DNA of 27,149 nucleotides from Candidatus Micrarchaeota archaeon (GTDB lineage Archaea; Micrarchaeota; Micrarchaeia; Anstonellales; Bilamarchaeaceae): NCBI GenBank assembly GCA_018304385.1, contig JAGVWJ010000018.1, positions 1 to 27,149 of the forward strand, read 5' to 3'. Shown piece by piece: positions 25,373 to 27,149 of this stretch (position 1 is its first letter; each line of letters starts with the position of its first letter). The notes under the pieces were generated by a model. It saw only the letters and a program-made list of their open reading frames with translations, ran no database searches and was not told where the DNA came from. The position numbers and the translations under genes were made by a program.

Positions 25373-26710
25373 ATGCACATAATAGAGAAGACTTTAGGCA
25401 CTGGCAATCCTGGATTAAAGACATTAGCTCTACGAGGTGATAGGTCGCATATTCAAAAGGCAGGATTTAGGTATGTTGATAATGTTGCGTTAACTCCTAG
25501 AGTTTTCGAACGGTTCTTAGAGCGATCTGGTGCATTGGATGCAAGTGCAGATGAAGCGCAAAGGCGCATTCATGCTACTGATTTTGATGAATTAGAGTGT
25601 GCATCAATTCTTTCTGCGTTTTTAGAACTTCCAGAACATTTAAGATATCGTTTATTGGTGCGCTCTGACGATTACCCGAGAGGCATAGGTCTTTGGTATA
25701 GTGGTGCAGTATCAGTATCAGAAAGCAATGGCAGTAGAACCGTAGCACTCATTGAGCAATTAAAAAGACAAATTAAACTAGTTTTAGCAAGCGATTTTAA
25801 GGATGATACAAAAACGTTCAAAGAAAAAAAGGGAATAACACATTCTCCTGGAATTCTATTAATGCCTTTAGTTGGTCAAAGAATAGGTAGCAATGGTAGT
25901 TCTTATTTTGCCCCGTCTATATCAATAAATTATCTTGGTGATACTCAAGATGCAATAATAGCAGTAGGTGCTGGATTTGGTGGCTCTAACTCTAGATCTG
26001 CCCGTACAGATGTTATTAGTTTAGTACCTCACTCATTAATATTAGACTCTCACATGGTATTCTCCAATTGGCCTGCAGTTAAAGAAGATGGTGGGGATGT
26101 CGAATTTGTAAGTTTTAAAGATATACTATCTCTGTTAGATCAAAGTTTATTTGATTTTCTAAATTCCATGCTTAAAAGTCTGCTTACAGCAACTGGCCCA
26201 AGGTATCTTGAGATAGTTAAGGGTGAGGGACAATCTTGGGCAGTAGTTCAATCAGCACCAGTTGAAGTACCCTCATTAGCAATGCCATCTGTAAAAGAAT
26301 CGCATATATTATTAGAGGCTGCTTCTGTACTAAGCAGCGCAGTAGTGAGATCTAGTGTACTAAGATATGCTAATTCTAGTCCACGTGATGAGGATATAGA
26401 ATTTAATAGAAGAAATCATGGTTATATCCTAGTATTAGATGCAAAAACCTGTGGAAGATTTGCAAATAGCTGGCCGCTTCATGCACTTTCAAATGCAGCA
26501 GCAATTGTACTGCATGTAAACGAGATATCGCGCCCGGTTGCTAGTCATCTAGGTGGCATGTTTCGAGAGCTTGGAATACCTGTTATTGCAGGTCAATTAG
26601 ATGCAAGGTTTATGGATTTATTAATGCGAAGACCAAACCAAAATATGAATTTTGTTGTTTATGCAGATGAATTTAGCGGCCGCGGGTTTTTAGCAAGAGA
26701 GCAGCAATAA
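25373..26710 (+). CDS. Divergent PEP/pyruvate-binding (ATP-grasp) + phospho-His swivel protein, PPDK/PEP-synthase-like
   Basis: 'LLVRSD', 'GILLMPLV', 'YLEI...WAVVQSAP' parallel PPDK_N motifs VRSS, VIVQEMV and W.LQ.RP. 'ASHLGGMFRELGIPVI' matches the SH...RELGIP swivel motif. Confidence 0.65.
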   Translation: MHIIEKTLGTGNPGLKTLALRGDRSHIQKAGFRYVDNVALTPRVFERFLERSGALDASADEAQRRIHATDFDELECASILSAFLELPEHLRYRLLVRSDDYPRGIGLWYSGAVSVSESNGSRTVALIEQLKRQIKLVLASDFKDDTKTFKEKKGITHSPGILLMPLVGQRIGSNGSSYFAPSISINYLGDTQDAIIAVGAGFGGSNSRSARTDVISLVPHSLILDSHMVFSNWPAVKEDGGDVEFVSFKDILSLLDQSLFDFLNSMLKSLLTATGPRYLEIVKGEGQSWAVVQSAPVEVPSLAMPSVKESHILLEAASVLSSAVVRSSVLRYANSSPRDEDIEFNRRNHGYILVLDAKTCGRFANSWPLHALSNAAAIVLHVNEISRPVASHLGGMFRELGIPVIAGQLDARFMDLLMRRPNQNMNFVVYADEFSGRGFLAREQQ

Positions 26711-26738
26711 TTTTAAGGTTTTAGCTATTCTTTATTTC

Positions 26739-27149
26739 ATGAAAGTTTATATTTTATTGTTGCTTGCCTTTTTTATTTTTGCCTGTACAGGTATAAACGA
26801 TGTTAAAACTATTGAAGTTAACAAAACTATTAGTGAACCTGCAAAAATCGAAATAATTGCTTCGAATCTGGAAATTCCTTGGTCCATTGATTTTTTACCA
26901 AACGGTGATGTGATATTCACTGAGCGGCCAGGGAGAATAAGGCTAATTAAAAATAATAAATTATTGGAGAAACCCTTAGCTGAAATAAATATTGCGCGTG
27001 TTGGCGAGGCTGGTTTACTTGGTATTGTGGTTGATTCAGAATTTAATTCTAATAGTTTCATTTATGTTTATTATACTTATTTTGATGAAAAAGATGAGAT
27101 GCTCAATCGAGTTTCGAGATTTAAATTAATTAATAATAATGAAAAGGCA
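26739..27149 (+). CDS. PQQ-dependent sugar dehydrogenase (GSDH/YliI family) lipoprotein, 3'-truncated
   Basis: MKVYILLLLAFFIFAC (lipobox-like), 'LEIPWSIDFLPNGDVIFTERPGRI', 'GEAGLLGIVVD', 'IYVYYT'. The frame runs off the window end and is missing from the track. Confidence 0.88.
   Translation, partial: MKVYILLLLAFFIFACTGINDVKTIEVNKTISEPAKIEIIASNLEIPWSIDFLPNGDVIFTERPGRIRLIKNNKLLEKPLAEINIARVGEAGLLGIVVDSEFNSNSFIYVYYTYFDEKDEMLNRVSRFKLINNNEKA

Noticed and set aside
7396-27061. Remaining antisense ORFs (7396, 7987, 11744, 14258, 14567, 15214, 15809, 16121, 16778, 17312, 19751, 21557, 21902, 22050, 24605, 25106, 26747)
   Set aside because: They are shadows of confident CDSs on the other strand; 26747-27061 is antisense to the PQQ dehydrogenase.

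Overview
An AT-rich archaeal chromosomal window. Evidence: bulge-helix-bulge-type tRNA introns, an AbrB-PhoU regulator, a Hef-type helicase, Pol IV with a PIP box and a CDC48-like AAA ATPase. A DPANN/Micrarchaeota-like host is my inference, not a database result. Housekeeping genes: PiT phosphate transporter + DUF47, pyrI/pyrB, a DUF853 HerA-like ATPase, tmk, a GT-C glycosyltransferase, a PhoU-like regulator, a K+-independent H+-PPase, dinB, a membrane-anchored double-AAA ATPase with a 494-aa LAGLIDADG intein, a PPDK-like protein and a partial PQQ sugar dehydrogenase. Signals not explained by the ORF track: (1) a tRNA-Glu(UUC) split by two non-canonical introns (D-loop and T-loop); (2) its 3' end (CGGACGGAGCA) recurs twice downstream, bounding a 3.0-kb wHTH/nucleotidyltransferase TA-like unit and a 974-bp single-gene unit flanked by 19-bp direct repeats, with no integrase visible; (3) a frameshifted ADP-ribosyltransferase-like gene; (4) a GC-rich palindromic element found both upstream of and in-frame inside the PhoU-like gene; (5) an archaeal orphan with a sigma-54 Region-I-like N-terminus next to the membrane AAA ATPase; (6) a hairpin-dense pyrI leader. 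All family assignments come from motif recognition by eye, not from searches.
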